From Camelus dromedarius (taxonomy: Eukaryota): a stretch of DNA of 64,000 nucleotides. The stretch's first letter is position 1; each line of letters starts with the position of its first letter. Below are positions 12,029 to 24,555 of the stretch, in pieces. The stretch spans positions 14,756,001 through 14,820,000 of the forward strand of contig NC_087436.1 of NCBI RefSeq assembly GCF_036321535.1, written 5' to 3'. Below the pieces are notes generated by a model, which was given only the letters and a program-made list of their open reading frames with translations, made no database searches and was not told the DNA's origin. A program made the translations under genes and the position numbers.

Positions 12029-14329
12029 AATAATTCTAATGATAAAAGCAGATGTCCTAACCGACATGCTGCCTGGGGTCCCTGGTACCTGTTTGTTGAT
12101 GTTGTTTGCCGGTCACCTCTCTCTGACCTGCTCCTGTGGGATGGTGCTGGAGCCCAACCAGGATCCCAGCTGGCCCACTTGGGAGTCACCCCATCACACA
12201 ATTCACGTCTATTTCATGAGGCCAGACACTTCCTCTGTGTCACCTCATGTAGAATCAGCCTGATGGCCAGACTCCCTGGCTTTCAACAACTCAGAACAGA
12301 GACAATGCCTTTTAGTTCTTGCTGAAGGAAGGAATGAAGGAATGAATGAATGCAAAAATGACCCTGCCCCAGGTCCGGGTGTACTTCCACATCCTCTCTA
12401 ACTCCTGCTGGGTCACTGCTCACTCTGCCCTCCCAGGGCTCTGGCTCCTCCTGGGAGAGGGGTGCTCTCCTCTCCTGCTCGCCCACTGCACCTCTCAGCT
12501 TCCCACTGGGCCCCATGCAGTGGGAAGGACCAGTGGAAGCCAGGTGGATGGACGGGCTGAGCTTAGTGATGGCAGGGGGTGTTCCTGTAATGGGAGACGG
12601 CTGCTCTGTTTAGACTGGAGAAAGAAGGGCAGTAACCCAGAGCCCTTCTTTCTCCAATCTAACCTCACACAGAAGCAAACACTTTTATTTGAAAGAGCTT
12701 TGATTTTTAAACATTATCAATCAATGTGCTTTTAAAAGCACCAGATATGTGTAAGAAAGTTGGACAGTATCATTGTGAATATCAAGGCTGTTTCCTTTAC
12801 AATTTTAAAATAAAACATGCATGTCTGCTCCCTGCTTTACCGGTGACCTCAGCTCCCTTATACACTTGAACTTCATCTCCAGGAAGGAAGCCAGGGGGTC
12901 AAAGGGTATTGGAGTGGGAGGGTGTGATCAGAGCACACATTGTTCTACTCTGAGCAACATTTTCTTAGCAACTCAAGTCAATAAACATGACACGGCATTT
13001 GGGTAAATAACAAACATATAGGTACAAGTTCAATACAGTTCAATCTAAATTTAAGCTGTTGTCACTTTAACTCTGGTTTCCTTTTTCATTTTAAGAAAAA
13101 TATTTTCACCCTTCGTGTTGGTCGGGCCAGGTTCCAGGCCTTTCAGCTTCCTCTGTGTGAGTTGATGCAAGGAACAGAGATGCTGGAAAGCTACCTCCCA
13201 GGGTGGCTGGGGAAGGCTGCAGGGGGGAATTAAAAAGACAGGACCTCCCAGGAGCACAGGCCAGGCCTTGCAGAGCTTGGGACAGAGTGTAGGACATGGA
13301 AGGATCCAGCACAGCTCTTGAGACAGGGTCCTCTCAGTGCCTCCTTAGTAGGAGTTTCTTGATTCTCTGCCCTTACTGACTCAGCCCCCTCTGCCCGGGC
13401 TTTGTTCCGGCCTTCCCAATGAAGTCCCCCACCCTCTGGCCAGGGCATTCGTCCTATATCTTGTTGATTGCATGTCTTCTCTTTATGCCTAACTTGGGTT
13501 CTCTCTGGGCCCCTTGGTCTCTGCTGTCTGATGTGCAGGTGAGTCTTTTCTGCTTCTGGTTCTGTGAATCCACTGATAAATTATCTCACTTTCCCCTCAG
13601 TTGAGTCCTTGGAAAGAGAGAATCAGATTTCAGCAGCTGATCACTATTGTCTCTGCCCAGGCCCAGTGTGGCTCCGTGCCGACTCGGAGGTCACTGGCCA
13701 GCATGTGGATTAGCTGTCCTCAGGCCAGTGCCACTCCACAGCTAGGGGAGGGGAGAAGACAGCAAGGCCATCTCTGGCATCTCCCCCAGCACAGCGCCGT
13801 GATGTCCTGTCCACGTCAGGGACACTTGGCCTCCTAGAGATGCTTGTAGATTTCCTCTTGCTGCCCTGGCCCGGGGTCCCTCAGGACCAGGCACGGGCCC
13901 GCTGGTCACAGCTGCTCCTCACTCAGAGCACGAGGCCAGCTGGTTCACATTTACTGGCATAGTTTTTGGGATGTTGAATGTCACTGGAAGGTTTTTTCCC
14001 TGCACTTCTTTGCTTGGCTGAGTCCTCCTCAGTCGAGGCCCAATTCAGCAGATTAACTTCCATGCTGCCCCTGTCATGCATGGTTATTTAAACGTCTCTG
14101 TAGTCCCAAAGCATTCTGGGTACACATCAGCCACATGGTTCGCACCTGCTACCGGAGTGGTTTATTTAATTATTGTAGTGAACTATTGTCATTCACAGCA
14201 ACCTCAGATCTTTGGAACAGCTTCTCCATGTTCTGATGGCTCCCCATGGTACAAATCTCAGATTCCCTTCGAAGAATGCCTTACATTTCCCAGCCTCTTG
14301 CCCTTGAGTCAGATATTGATTTATAGTTT

Positions 14330-14665
14330 GCCAGTCAGATACGCTCCTGCAGGACTTGAGTCAGATCTAACTTTCACGGGAAAAGAAGCAAGAAGTAGGC
14401 CATTCATTCTGCTGGCTCGGATAATGGCAGATGTGATGTGGTTCCGGCGCCAGCCAGCCGTGGTGGCGATGGCTTCCTAACTCAGAGGTTCCTGTCTGTA
14501 GCAACGACAGCTTGTCTTTTGGCAAGCTATCCTGGTGGAGTCTTGGAAGCCCAGCCTGAAGCTTGTTTCTTCCCATGATTTTGTGAGATATTTATAAACC
14601 TCAATTAATCCCTTTCGGCTTAAACTAGCTACAGTGGATCATATTGTCTGCAACCAAGAACCTGG
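14330..14665 (+). mobile_element. ERVL LTR16-like solo LTR
   Basis: The 3' end 'aatccctttcggcttaaactagctacagtggatcatattgtctgcaaccaagaacct' resembles the LTR16 terminus. The 5' boundary is uncertain. Confidence 0.6.
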
Positions 14666-14679
14666 ACCTTATTCCTGCC

Positions 14680-14770
14680 GGACTGAGCCTCGTGAAGCAG
14701 GAACCCTGCCATGCTTGTTTTTGAATCCCTAGCACTTAGCACAGCTGTAAGGCTTTCAATGCATGTTATG
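14680..14770 (+). mobile_element. L2 3' end fragment
   Basis: 'gactgagcctcgtgaagcaggaaccctg...atccctagcacttagcacag'. Confidence 0.6.
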
Positions 14771-15704
14771 GAAGTGCTTTCCCCTCTACAACTCTTTCTA
14801 ACTAGTTAGTTACTTTGTTGAAGGCAAAACTGTTCTTTGGATAAATCTTATGTTTATCCACTTATATAGATTATTATCTGTTCCAGCAACTGTGCTGGGC
14901 TATGCATGTAGTGTGGAATAAGACACAGTCCTCATTCCTCTGTCAAACCTGTGGGGAGATTTGTCATTTTACTATATAAATGTGATTTGTACTCATGCTT
15001 GGACTGAGAAAGAAAGCAGGTGGTATCTGGTCATCCTAAGACGAGGTATGATCGAATGCTAAACATACAGTTTCTGGTGTTTCTAAGCTATTCCCCATTT
15101 TACCAGCATCAACTCGATTCTTTTCTCCCTGATGGCGAAGAAAACAGCTTTGACTGTCTTCAAGAAGCTGATCAGCCAAATAAAATTTATATGGGGATTT
15201 GGGGCTTTTTTATTTTCATGTGGCAAAATCTTATGTTCTGGGAATTTATTTCAAACAACACAATGAAGCAGAACTGGAAGGATTTGACGCGATTGGATCT
15301 GGGAACCCGTCCAGTTCTGCTAGCCTGCCCCTCTGTTCGAACCTCTCCTCCAACAGTCTGGATGCGGGGGATAGATTCTTCATCCAGCGGATTAATGCGG
15401 AGCAGCACCCACAGCAGAGCTGCCCTTACTGAAATCCTTCTAAAAGTTGGACATGTCATTAAGTGTTTCATTTCCACAGGGTTTATAGGAAATCAGAGCA
15501 ACACGCAGTTGAGATGACAATAAGGAGAGAGGAGAGAGAAAATCATCAGTGGCTGGAAAGCAGAAAAGACAGAGAGAGCCGAATCTACTGACAAATTTCA
15601 GATAGTTTTTATGTGTCTGTTTTCTCCATTGCCTTAAAAAAAATGACTTTTCTTTAACTAGTCTGAAAGCTCAAGTTTCCTCCAAAGATAGCTATTTTTG
15701 GCTA

Positions 15705-15875
15705 ACAGCTTTCCCTGCATCCTCTCGTTGAACCCTCACACTAACGCTCCCTGGTATGTGTTTGAATTTCAGTGTTACAGATGAGGAAACCGCTCGGAGG
15801 AAAGAAATATGCAGAAGACCAAATTGGCAAGGATTCAAACATTGGCTGTTCTGGTTCCAAAACCTGTGCGCTCAC
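15705..15875 (-). mobile_element. MIR SINE
   Basis: 'ttacagatgaggaaac' core and 'ggattcaaac...tctggttccaaaacctgtgcgctc'. Confidence 0.75.
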
Positions 15876-16199
15876 AACTAGTCTACAGCCGTCCAACCAC
15901 AAGGAACACAAGGGCAAGTTCCAAAACTTCCTCTGGTCCTTTTCAGCATTTAGAGGGATTCAAAACTTTTGCATCCTTATCTACTTCAGAACTGGGTCCC
16001 TTCTGATTCTTTTCCATGGATAAGCCCTAGGGTGTAAAAGTTTACCTGCTACATTTTTAATAAACTTATTGCATAATAGAAAATCACATTCTCCCCACAT
16101 ATAGCTGGTTTTTTGGTGTGTTTGTGTGTGAATATTTACTATGTGGCTTCTGAAACACAACCTTAGGGGTCCGCAAAATAACATCTCTTGTGTCTTTGG

Positions 16200-16365
16200 T
16201 GCTTTTCTGTTTACAAAGGGATCATGAATCTATTACCTACTTTTAATCTCGACCACAAAGCTATGAAGTAGGTATTAGCAGTATATTTTACACAGAAGAA
16301 AAACCAAGGCTCAAAAAAGGATCGTCAAGGTGCCATGATCACAGCTGTAAGTGACAGGGCTGAGC
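16200..16365 (-). mobile_element. MIR SINE, degraded
   Basis: 'ctatgaagtaggtatta...ttttacacagaagaaaaaccaaggctca'. Confidence 0.65.
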
Positions 16366-17514
16366 TGGCCACAGGCATCCTCAGTCCACGGGCCCCACAC
16401 GGCTGCTAATACAGCCCCGCGGCCTCAGCTCCGTCGGCTCACCTGAGGAGGAAGACCTTGCTGAAGTGATAGACTACCAAAAACGGGGCTTGGAAAACCC
16501 AGCTGCAATCTCCCACCAAAGGGTACGTCTTTAAAACAGGGCACAACTAAGTTTCCAGTGGCATCAACGCTCCTTACGGTGAGTTTCAAAGACACAGTAG
16601 TAGCCAAACAGCAGCTCTCTGGAGCCGGCGGAAGAACAAAACGTCATTTCATCATTTAGACCTCACTTCGCGCATCCCTGGAGTAGCTTTGTGGGAGGAT
16701 CTGTGCATTTTTGGGGTGCCTGGTGCTGATATGTTCTTCTGGTAATTTACAGCCCCCTAGGACAGTGAGGAAGGGCGGGGGCTAATGCTTCCCCTTCCTT
16801 GGCTAATTGCTGCCCAAGTTCACACTCTCTGCAAACAACTCAGAACCAAAGCCCCAAAGAAACTCTCAGAGCTGTAACTGTCCTCATCAAGGGGAGTTAA
16901 CATACCCCCATCCACGTGCTCCAGTCTGAGGCTTCGTTTGCATATTTTATTGATTCTCTCACACACGTGGTTTTCTTTCAAGAATGCGTCCACCCAGTGG
17001 CACTTACCTGCCTCACTGTAAACACTTAGACTGGTTTGGAAACCCCTGGGAGGCCAAGTAACACTGCGAGACTCGGAGAGTAGTGTTTGTTTTATATATA
17101 GCCTTCTCGACAGCCTTCCTAGTCCTTGGACTCAAAATTTCCCCAGTAAAATCAATCTTCTTATCATAAGCATCCAGCAATGAAGAGGCCCTCTACACAG
17201 TCTTTTTTTTGGTTCTGAAAATTCTCTCCTAGGTTTGAGGAAACTCAATCAAAGAAAAGGGCAAGAAGAGTATTTATTCCATTTTCTTGGGTTTGTTGTC
17301 TGACTTTTTTAGGTAGACAGTTTCTGAACAGGACTTACATAGATGGGAAAAACATATACGTACATACGCACATGTGTGCGCGCGCGTGCGTGTGTGTGTG
17401 TCCTTCCCTATGTACTTATTTTCATTTAAACTCTTGGGAAGAGGAGACGGACTCCACCCTCCTTTGGTCTGGCGTTGGGAATTAAGGTAAATCAGGACTT
17501 GAAGACTTTAGGAA

Positions 17515-17830
17515 CACATGTTGGGAAACCCAATTCAGACCAGTTTAAATAATAATGAAAAGCAAAGGTTAGATTTCTTTAGCTCATTTAGTTGGACAGT
17601 CTAAAAGTAGAGGAGCTTCAGGTGTGGCTGGATCCAGGGACTCATAATCATACAGTGTCATCAAGGCTTGGGCTCCTTTCTCTGTCTTTTGGTGTTGATT
17701 TCATTCTTAGCCAGACTTTCTTTATCTGGTGGCCCTGGAAGATCCAAGCTGATAACTTACCAGCTTAGCCATTCCAGTGAAAGGAGACTGTCCATTTTAA
17801 TAGATTCTTAGTAAAAAGTCCTGGGTCCTG
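17515..17830 (-). mobile_element. MaLR (MLT1K/L-like) LTR fragment
   Basis: 'gaaacccaattcagaccagtttaaa...gcttcaggtgtggctggatccagggactca'. Confidence 0.7.
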
Positions 17831-18249
17831 CCAGGCTCTTCCCATACCATCTTCACTGTCCTCATATGAGCCAGCTTTTAGATCTTACATTTTGTAGGTG
17901 AAGGAACTGAGAGCTGATGAGGTTCGTGTACTATTTGTGTGACTAAAAGAAAGGAGAGGAAAATTTTGTTTAAATTTCCGGGATTTGTTAAACCAGGCAA
18001 GTAAAGGAATAAACCTTTACATGAAGACAGGTGGATATGTGCATACCTTCCATCCTAGAATGTCTGAGAAAGAATAGATTCAAGGACTATAGCATGAGAC
18101 AGAAACTCATGCTTGACCATGGACTGGTCCATTCAACCCCAGATCCAGATCCAGATCCCACAACAGAAGGGGAAGACCCCGTATGCCCTGGACTCCAGGG
18201 TCGGGAGTGGGTGGTCCCTCAGCCCCAGGAGTCCAACCGCTCAAGCTCA

Positions 18250-18435
18250 CATCCTCATCTTGTGAACTCTGTATGCTACAGCAAGCCCCTTGACCTCTGC
18301 TTCAGTTTCCTCATCCGTTTAAGAAAAGATGGTAATGACAGTATCCACATCCAGTCTTTAAGGATTAAAAGAGGTAACATATACAAAGCACTTTGTAGGG
18401 TGCCTGGTACCATAGTACCATGGTATTAGCTATTC
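18250..18435 (+). mobile_element. MIR SINE
   Basis: 'cttcagtttcctcatccgt...aggattaaaagaggtaacatatacaaagcactttgtagggtgcctgg'. Confidence 0.8.
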
Positions 18436-19199
18436 TAATAATTAGGGAGCATGTTGTACAGTCTAAAAGAGGTAACTGTAGATGAAAAGAAAGCTGACTT
18501 CACAGGTGGGAAGTAAACTCGCAAAACTCACTGTCCCCGAAGGCGGCACAAACTGAAAATATCAACAGAATAGAAAAGGGTTAGATCATGAGTGGGTAAT
18601 CTGTTCTCTACCATTAAGCCAACGACACATAGGGAAAAACATCCATTTCTGGCCCTGGTAAGTCAGAGAAGCCACCATGGACTGTGAAGGAAGTTCAGTG
18701 AGTCGCCGGTTGCCATGCCAACACCAACATCACCCTTCCGCCCACTCCCCCGTCAACACATGTGAATAAGTAACGATGATGATAGCATGAACTAAAAATG
18801 CTATTTTTTTAACAAGGTTTAATGTACTTCTGTCAAAAGTCTGGCTTTCAGAAATAATGGCTGTAGGCCAGATCAAGATTTGCCAGAATCCCTAAGATGG
18901 GTCCAGTATAGTCACAAAAGAGAAATCTTCTATAGATCATTATGGGACTCTTCGGATCTGGAGCAGGGGTTGCTGAGGGAGATGGGGTCCACCTAATTCC
19001 AAGCTTGAGGAACTGCCCCTTTGTGGTATCAGAAATTGAGTCAGTGTCCTCAGTCTACACCGCCTTCTCCACCCCCTGATGCCTGGTGTGGATCTCTGGC
19101 CTTCATCTGCCTTCTTCGAGCACTACTTGAATATTCACACTCTGGTGATGTGTGTCTAAAACTTACAAAACAACAACTTTGACCTAAGAATTTAACTTC

Positions 19200-19625
19200 C
19201 CGTAATCATAATGGAAGTGCAACAATATTTATAGTAGCAAAATAAAATAAATAAACAAAAAATAGAACTAACCTAAACGTCCAAGTTAAATTGTTGTGCA
19301 TCCTTACATGAAAATGTGCTGAGCTATTAAAAATGAGATGATCAAAGGCCCTCTGACGATGTGGGAAATTATAAGGTGTCATTAAGTGAAGCAAGCAGGT
19401 TACAGAGTAAGGATTTGGTAAAATCCGAATTTGATATATGCAAATATATGCAAATACATGCATAGGTAAAACCAATAGTGTGTTACTGTAAAATGTTAAT
19501 GGTTATTTCAGGATGATAGGATTACAGGTGGCTTTCAGTCTTCTTTTGTGCCATTCTCTATCTTCAAAAAACACTTTTTATGACAATTGTCTATTTCTTC
19601 TGTACTCGGGAAAAAAATCCAATAA
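19200..19625 (+). mobile_element. Old L1ME-like 3' fragment
   Basis: 'caatatttatagtagcaaaa...aacctaaacgtcca...attaagtgaagcaagcaggttacagag...ggattacaggtggctttc'. Confidence 0.65.
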
Positions 19626-20439
19626 ATATGATATACAGAGAACCAAGGACCTGCCCTGTGTCCAGTGCAGGAGAAGGAGGGACGTCAGGGAGGGCTGCAC
19701 TTGGGCCATCTGTGCCCCACCTTACACAGGGCCCCAGAGGTCACATCTGAGGTGTTGGCCAAGATGACTCAGTTCCAGTCAGAGAGGCCCTGGGCTCTCA
19801 AAGGATCTGTCAGCTCCCCGAAGAAGCATTTCACACTTCTTGAGCTTGGCTTTGCCCAGCCGCACTATTAATAGTCTTTCCATGTCTCCAACTGGTCTGC
19901 ACATTCTGGTCCCAGAGATGCTTCTCAAACGGGAGCCAGTTTTCTCATGAACGCTTTTTATCTAGAGGAGGAAACTGAGAGTAAGAGAGTTTACTGACAC
20001 TCATAGAAAAGTCCTTTTATTTGAATGTGACCCCTGTAAATTGCCCCTTGTCTGTCTCTCCTGTTTTCTCTTTTCTCCTTCCCCCAAACTGAAACCTAAT
20101 ACACTCTCCTTGGCTCAAATAGATAAAGTGTTTTCTCTGAGATGAAACTCCCAAGGCTCTCCCATGCCGCTGGCCCCGGGGGGTGTCCTCTCTCCCAGGT
20201 CCGGTCCCTAAATGTTTACCCTCCATGCTTTTGCAAGTGGGAGGTCCGGCTGCATAACTGTACTGTGTATAGTGCAGGGCCGAGTGTGGATTCAGCAGAG
20301 GGTGGGCTTGTACTGGGTGAGCACTGGGTCCCAGTCTCCTCACTGGCTCTGCTGCAGGGAGGGCCCAGGCCACCATGTTCCACCACGCAGGCCCTCTGGG
20401 TTCTCCCTGCTTCCCATCACCATGACTGACCTGCGTGCA

Positions 20440-20795
20440 CCCAAGACAGCTGCTTCCCTCCCACTGACTGCCTAGCAAAGAGACATTTTCTGGGCAACTT
20501 TGAAGCCAGGCTCAGTTACGTGGATAAATTCTGGCCATGGGAGTGGAGGTGATGCGTGCCATTTCAGGGCTCCTGCAGTGCAGAAGTGGTGGTGAGCGAT
20601 CTTGGACCATTTAGGCAAAGTCGCCACCCTTGGCCAACAGAGCAGCAAGATGGGAGGAGCCTAGATCTCAGACAACTTTGCAGAGCAGAGCTGCTGCGGC
20701 AGACAGACTCTCCCATCTCCCAAGAGAGAAACAAACGCTCTTCTTTAAGCCAACCCTTATTTGGGGTCCCCTCGCTGAAGTCTTCCAATTGATAG
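20440..20795 (+). mobile_element. MaLR (MLT1I/J-like) solo LTR
   Basis: 'ttctggccatgggagtggaggtgatgcgtgccatttc', 'aagatgggaggagcctagatctc', 'gagagaaacaaac...tttaagcca...atttgggg'. Confidence 0.7.
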
Positions 20796-21180
20796 CCAAA
20801 CAAATGCCCGGAGCCCACCAACGTTCTTTCCCAGGAATTTGGAATGGAGACCTTGGGAACTAGCTGTGGGAGGGCCCAAAGGTCATGGCCACAGTCCAAG
20901 CCCTGGCCAGCCCAAATGCAGACCCCGGGGAAGAAGAGGAAACTAAAGAGAGGAGTGTGGAGCCAAGTGCAGTGAGAAGGATGCTGAGAAGGCAGATCCT
21001 GGGGAGGGGGATATGCTGCCGCCCTCAACGGCACCCTAGTCCCAGCACAGTTCCCACAGGGTCCAGAGGTGTATCTGGCCGTTCACTGTCATAAAACTGC
21101 TGCATGGCCTTGCCCTTGAGCCTCTGTGACCGTGTTTTTCTTCTTTGCAACCAGGAGGTTGTAATAAAAATAAAGTGCCC

Positions 21181-21410
21181 TTTATTATTATATTACTATC
21201 TCTGTTACTTTATATTATATATTATTGTATGTTATACACTATATATAATATATAATATATATTGTTGTTATATACTACATATCATTATGTATACTATTAT
21301 ATATTATTATATGTGGTATATCACATATATTATATATAGTATATATTATATATTATATTATATATTTATATTACATAGTAATAATATATTACTGTAAATT
21401 ATATTATAGT
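21181..21410. repeat. AT-rich low-complexity (TA/TAT)n tract
   Basis: About 230 bp almost entirely A/T, built of degenerate 'tattata' units. Confidence 0.9.
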
Positions 21411-23094
21411 TCTTCAGATCTCAGATGCACATTTCCCCCCAAAATTTAATATTTCTGAAAATGGGATGCACTTTTCCCTCACTTTTTACTTCCTTATGTA
21501 TGTTTGGTGCAGTAAATGTCTTAATTTTCCTCTCAAAGTGGGTGGTCAGTGAGGGCTTCATCTGGGGACCACTCTCTTCCAAGGGTATGGAAGCTGCCCC
21601 GGAGAAAGGCTTTGTTTTAGGGCCAGGACCGAGCTGGACGCACAGATGCTCAGTAACTGTTTGGTGGAATGAGTGACCCGGTTGTCCCGGCTGTTGCTGA
21701 ATCAGGAATTATCACATCGGATAATTGTCACGGGATGAGCTGCCCAGGACACAGCTTCCAAGCCCAGCTTATTCTCCTCCGGACCTGAGCTCACACTGCC
21801 TCCGGCCACATGGGTGTTTCAGCCCAAGCTCATTCCAAACCCTGAGCTGTTCTCTCTTCTCTCTTCCTTTAACTCCCACTCCAACGTGTAAATCTCCACT
21901 CCACTCTCCCTCCTCCAGGGGCGTTCTTAAAGAGACCCACTCTTCGATGCATAAATATCTCTGCTGCCTCATTGCCCTCACCCTGCAGCCACGGTATCAC
22001 AAAACCAGGCAAGGCCGGTCCTGGTGTATCTTGTCAGCTAGACCATCGGTGTCTTTGGGGGCAGCAGCAGGACTTGTCTGGGCTGTCTGGCAGGGCACAC
22101 AGGCCTGCTCACTCCCTCACCATCAGCCTGTCCTGTCTGTCTCTAGGCACGGGGATGGTGGGGATGGCCCAGAGTGGCCTCTGCCTCCCAACACACTGCT
22201 CCGGGCTCTGGGGACCCAGGAAGGATACAACATTTCAACATTTACTGTCAAGGGCAGTTATTACTGATTAGGTACTGAACGTGGGCTGAACTCTTCAAAG
22301 GCACTTCTCTCCAGCATATGAGGCAGGCCCTGCCATGCTGGAGGCTCAGGCACAGAATCTATAATATCAGGTCCCTGTCTTCCTAGACCTTGAAGCATGG
22401 GAGTGAGGGATGCAGGCAGAGATGAAGGCTAGTGGGTGGACTGAAGGGCCGACTGCAGGACCGGGCTGGCTGGGAACTGCCCCTGGGGACTTTGTCTGAG
22501 ATGCTCCTCCTCTCCCTTCTCGGCTGTGGGCCCTGGGGGCAGTGTGAGCGCAGGCTTCAAGGGCCACTTCTTGCCCCTCACCCCAAGTCTGTGGTCTCAG
22601 GCCTGGAAGGCCCAGGTCGTCCAACCCTGCAGGAGAACCCTAGGCTCCTGGTTACCCCCACTGGAGGCTGGCCCTGGGTGATCTGAATGGTACAACGGGA
22701 AGCTCAGGTGGGGCCCTGGCACATGCTCAGGAGAGCCCCACCCCCGCATCAGAGCGGGCTCGCCCTGACCCTGCAGCTGTGCTGGGTCTTGCCTGGACAG
22801 GGAGGGTGGAGCAGAGGCCTCGCATTTGAAGACACTGCTGGGGCGGGGTGATGGGCGCTGCGATGCACAGCCAGGAACTCTCCCTGGTGGGAGGAGCACG
22901 AGCTCAGACTCAGAAGGGGCTTTGACCTGAGGAGTCCTGGGGCAAGCTGGTGTCACCTGAGCCTGCCACCTGGTCCTGGCGTGGGAGCCCTCCTGCAGTG
23001 GGGGCAGGACCAGAAGGGGGCTCCAGCTGCCCTTAGAGCTGGCCAGACAGGTTTACAGAATAATTACAGCGGCTGGGTGTGGAGGTGTGGGGCT

Positions 23095-23130
23095 GTTTGC
23101 ATATGATTTGCATATGATTTGCATATGAAT
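23095..23130. promoter_or_regulatory. Tandem POU/octamer motif array (candidate enhancer)
   Basis: (g/a)tttgcatatg x3 with perfect ATTTGCAT at 23106-23113 and 23117-23124. Function is inferred only. Confidence 0.45.
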
Positions 23131-24374
23131 AGCCTGCACTTTCTGTTCCCAGGCAATTTTCAAGTTAAATATTAATTGTTGCTGCCCTGAGGGTTTCATT
23201 TCGTGATTCTGCTTTCTCTGTTTCTTCTCACCCACTTGCTGTCAATGACTCCGACTTCCATGTGGTAAAGTAGGGGGAGGGGAGGGAGCCGCCAAGTTGG
23301 GGGAGGGCTGCGGGGGAAGGTTCACCCAACCTGGTGTGGCGGATAAGGTATCTACCACCTGCAGAAAGCAGTAGGCACACAAAGCAACAACCAGCCAGTG
23401 ATGCTAGAGAAACTTCCCAGAGCCCTCCTGGGCCCGGCAGGGTCTTCTTTCGCTGTGATGGAGGGACATGTGGTCCTCAACTACCTGCCAACCTGCCCAC
23501 CCCGGCCACCGCCTGCTCCTCAGGTCTGCTGGCTCCTGTCCACTCTGTCACCAGAAACCCTGGCCACAGGTAGCACGGAGATGGGGAATGGCCAGCCCCT
23601 CCTCGGTTGGAGCCGTGCGGAGTGGTGGTCAGCTCACAGGCTCTGAAGCTGACCATGCTGGATTTGGATCCTGGCTCTGTATTCTAGTAACTGCAACTCT
23701 GGGCAAGTGACTTACCACCCTTGCGCCTGTGTCCTCTCCAGAGTGCCTGTCGGTGTAGTGGGAACAGAGCCAGTGACTGTGTGTGGAGTCCTCGGCCCTG
23801 GGCCTGCCTGGCACTCAGGCTGTGCTGCACGCAGTTGAGCTGCAGACGTTGTGCTCCAGGTGTGGGTCACCTGGCTCCAGCCTGGCTCCGTGCAGGGCAT
23901 CCAATGCCGGCACTGCACCATTGCTTCCCACTTCGGCTCCAACCTTCCCTGAGGCAAAGGTTCACTCCTTCTGTTCTCCTGAGGGTTATTTACTTGAAAA
24001 CCACTTTAAAGAAGAGAGCTCAGAGCTTTTCCGGGCAGCACCTGCCCTTGCTCGGCCCTCATCAGGGGAAAGGACTTCCCTGGGCTGCTGCCAGTGTCTC
24101 CCTGCAGGCGGACTCAAGTCTGATCTCTGGGGTGGTGCAGCCTGAAGCTCCCTGCTCTCTGAGAGCCTGGAAAGATTTCTGGATGTGCTCCCCTCCTGCG
24201 CCTTCTCTTCCCAAGCCACTCAGACCAACCAGAACATGGTAGGGCCACCAGAGTGGTCTCTGTGAGCCCCTGATGCGACTCTCTGGGGTTTCCTCCTTCG
24301 GCACTGGACTGGGTCCATAGAGTCCCCCTGGGAAATGCCTAAGGCTGGCTGACCATCGTCAAGGGTGTCAGGCA

Positions 24375-24555
24375 CTCTGTTTTAAATACGTGCTCTTTCG
24401 ATCCTCATAGCTGTTCTAAGAGGTGAGTGCTAATATTACACCCATTTCACAGCTGTGGGAACTGAGGCTTAGAGAAGCACAGGAATTTGTCTCCAATGGC
24501 TCAGCTTTCATGCAGGGAGACGGGCTACAACCTAGACAGGCTGGCTCCAGCCCCT
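24375..24555 (-). mobile_element. MIR SINE
   Basis: 'atcctcatagc...cccatttcacagctgtgggaactgaggcttagagaag'. Confidence 0.75.

Noticed and set aside
12726..12741. 16-bp perfect palindrome GTGCTTTTAAAAGCAC
   Set aside because: About one such palindrome is expected by chance in 64 kb.
15020..15517. 165-aa ORF
   Set aside because: Non-ATG start, no recognisable domain and no clear splice context. The length is within chance expectation.
18138..18159. (CCAGAT)3 hexamer repeat
   Set aside because: Short simple repeat with no further structure.
21725..24242. Long ORFs (180 aa and 173 aa) in a GC-rich stretch
   Set aside because: Pro/Ser/Leu/Cys-rich translations open in several frames, typical of GC-rich non-coding DNA, with no protein family resemblance.
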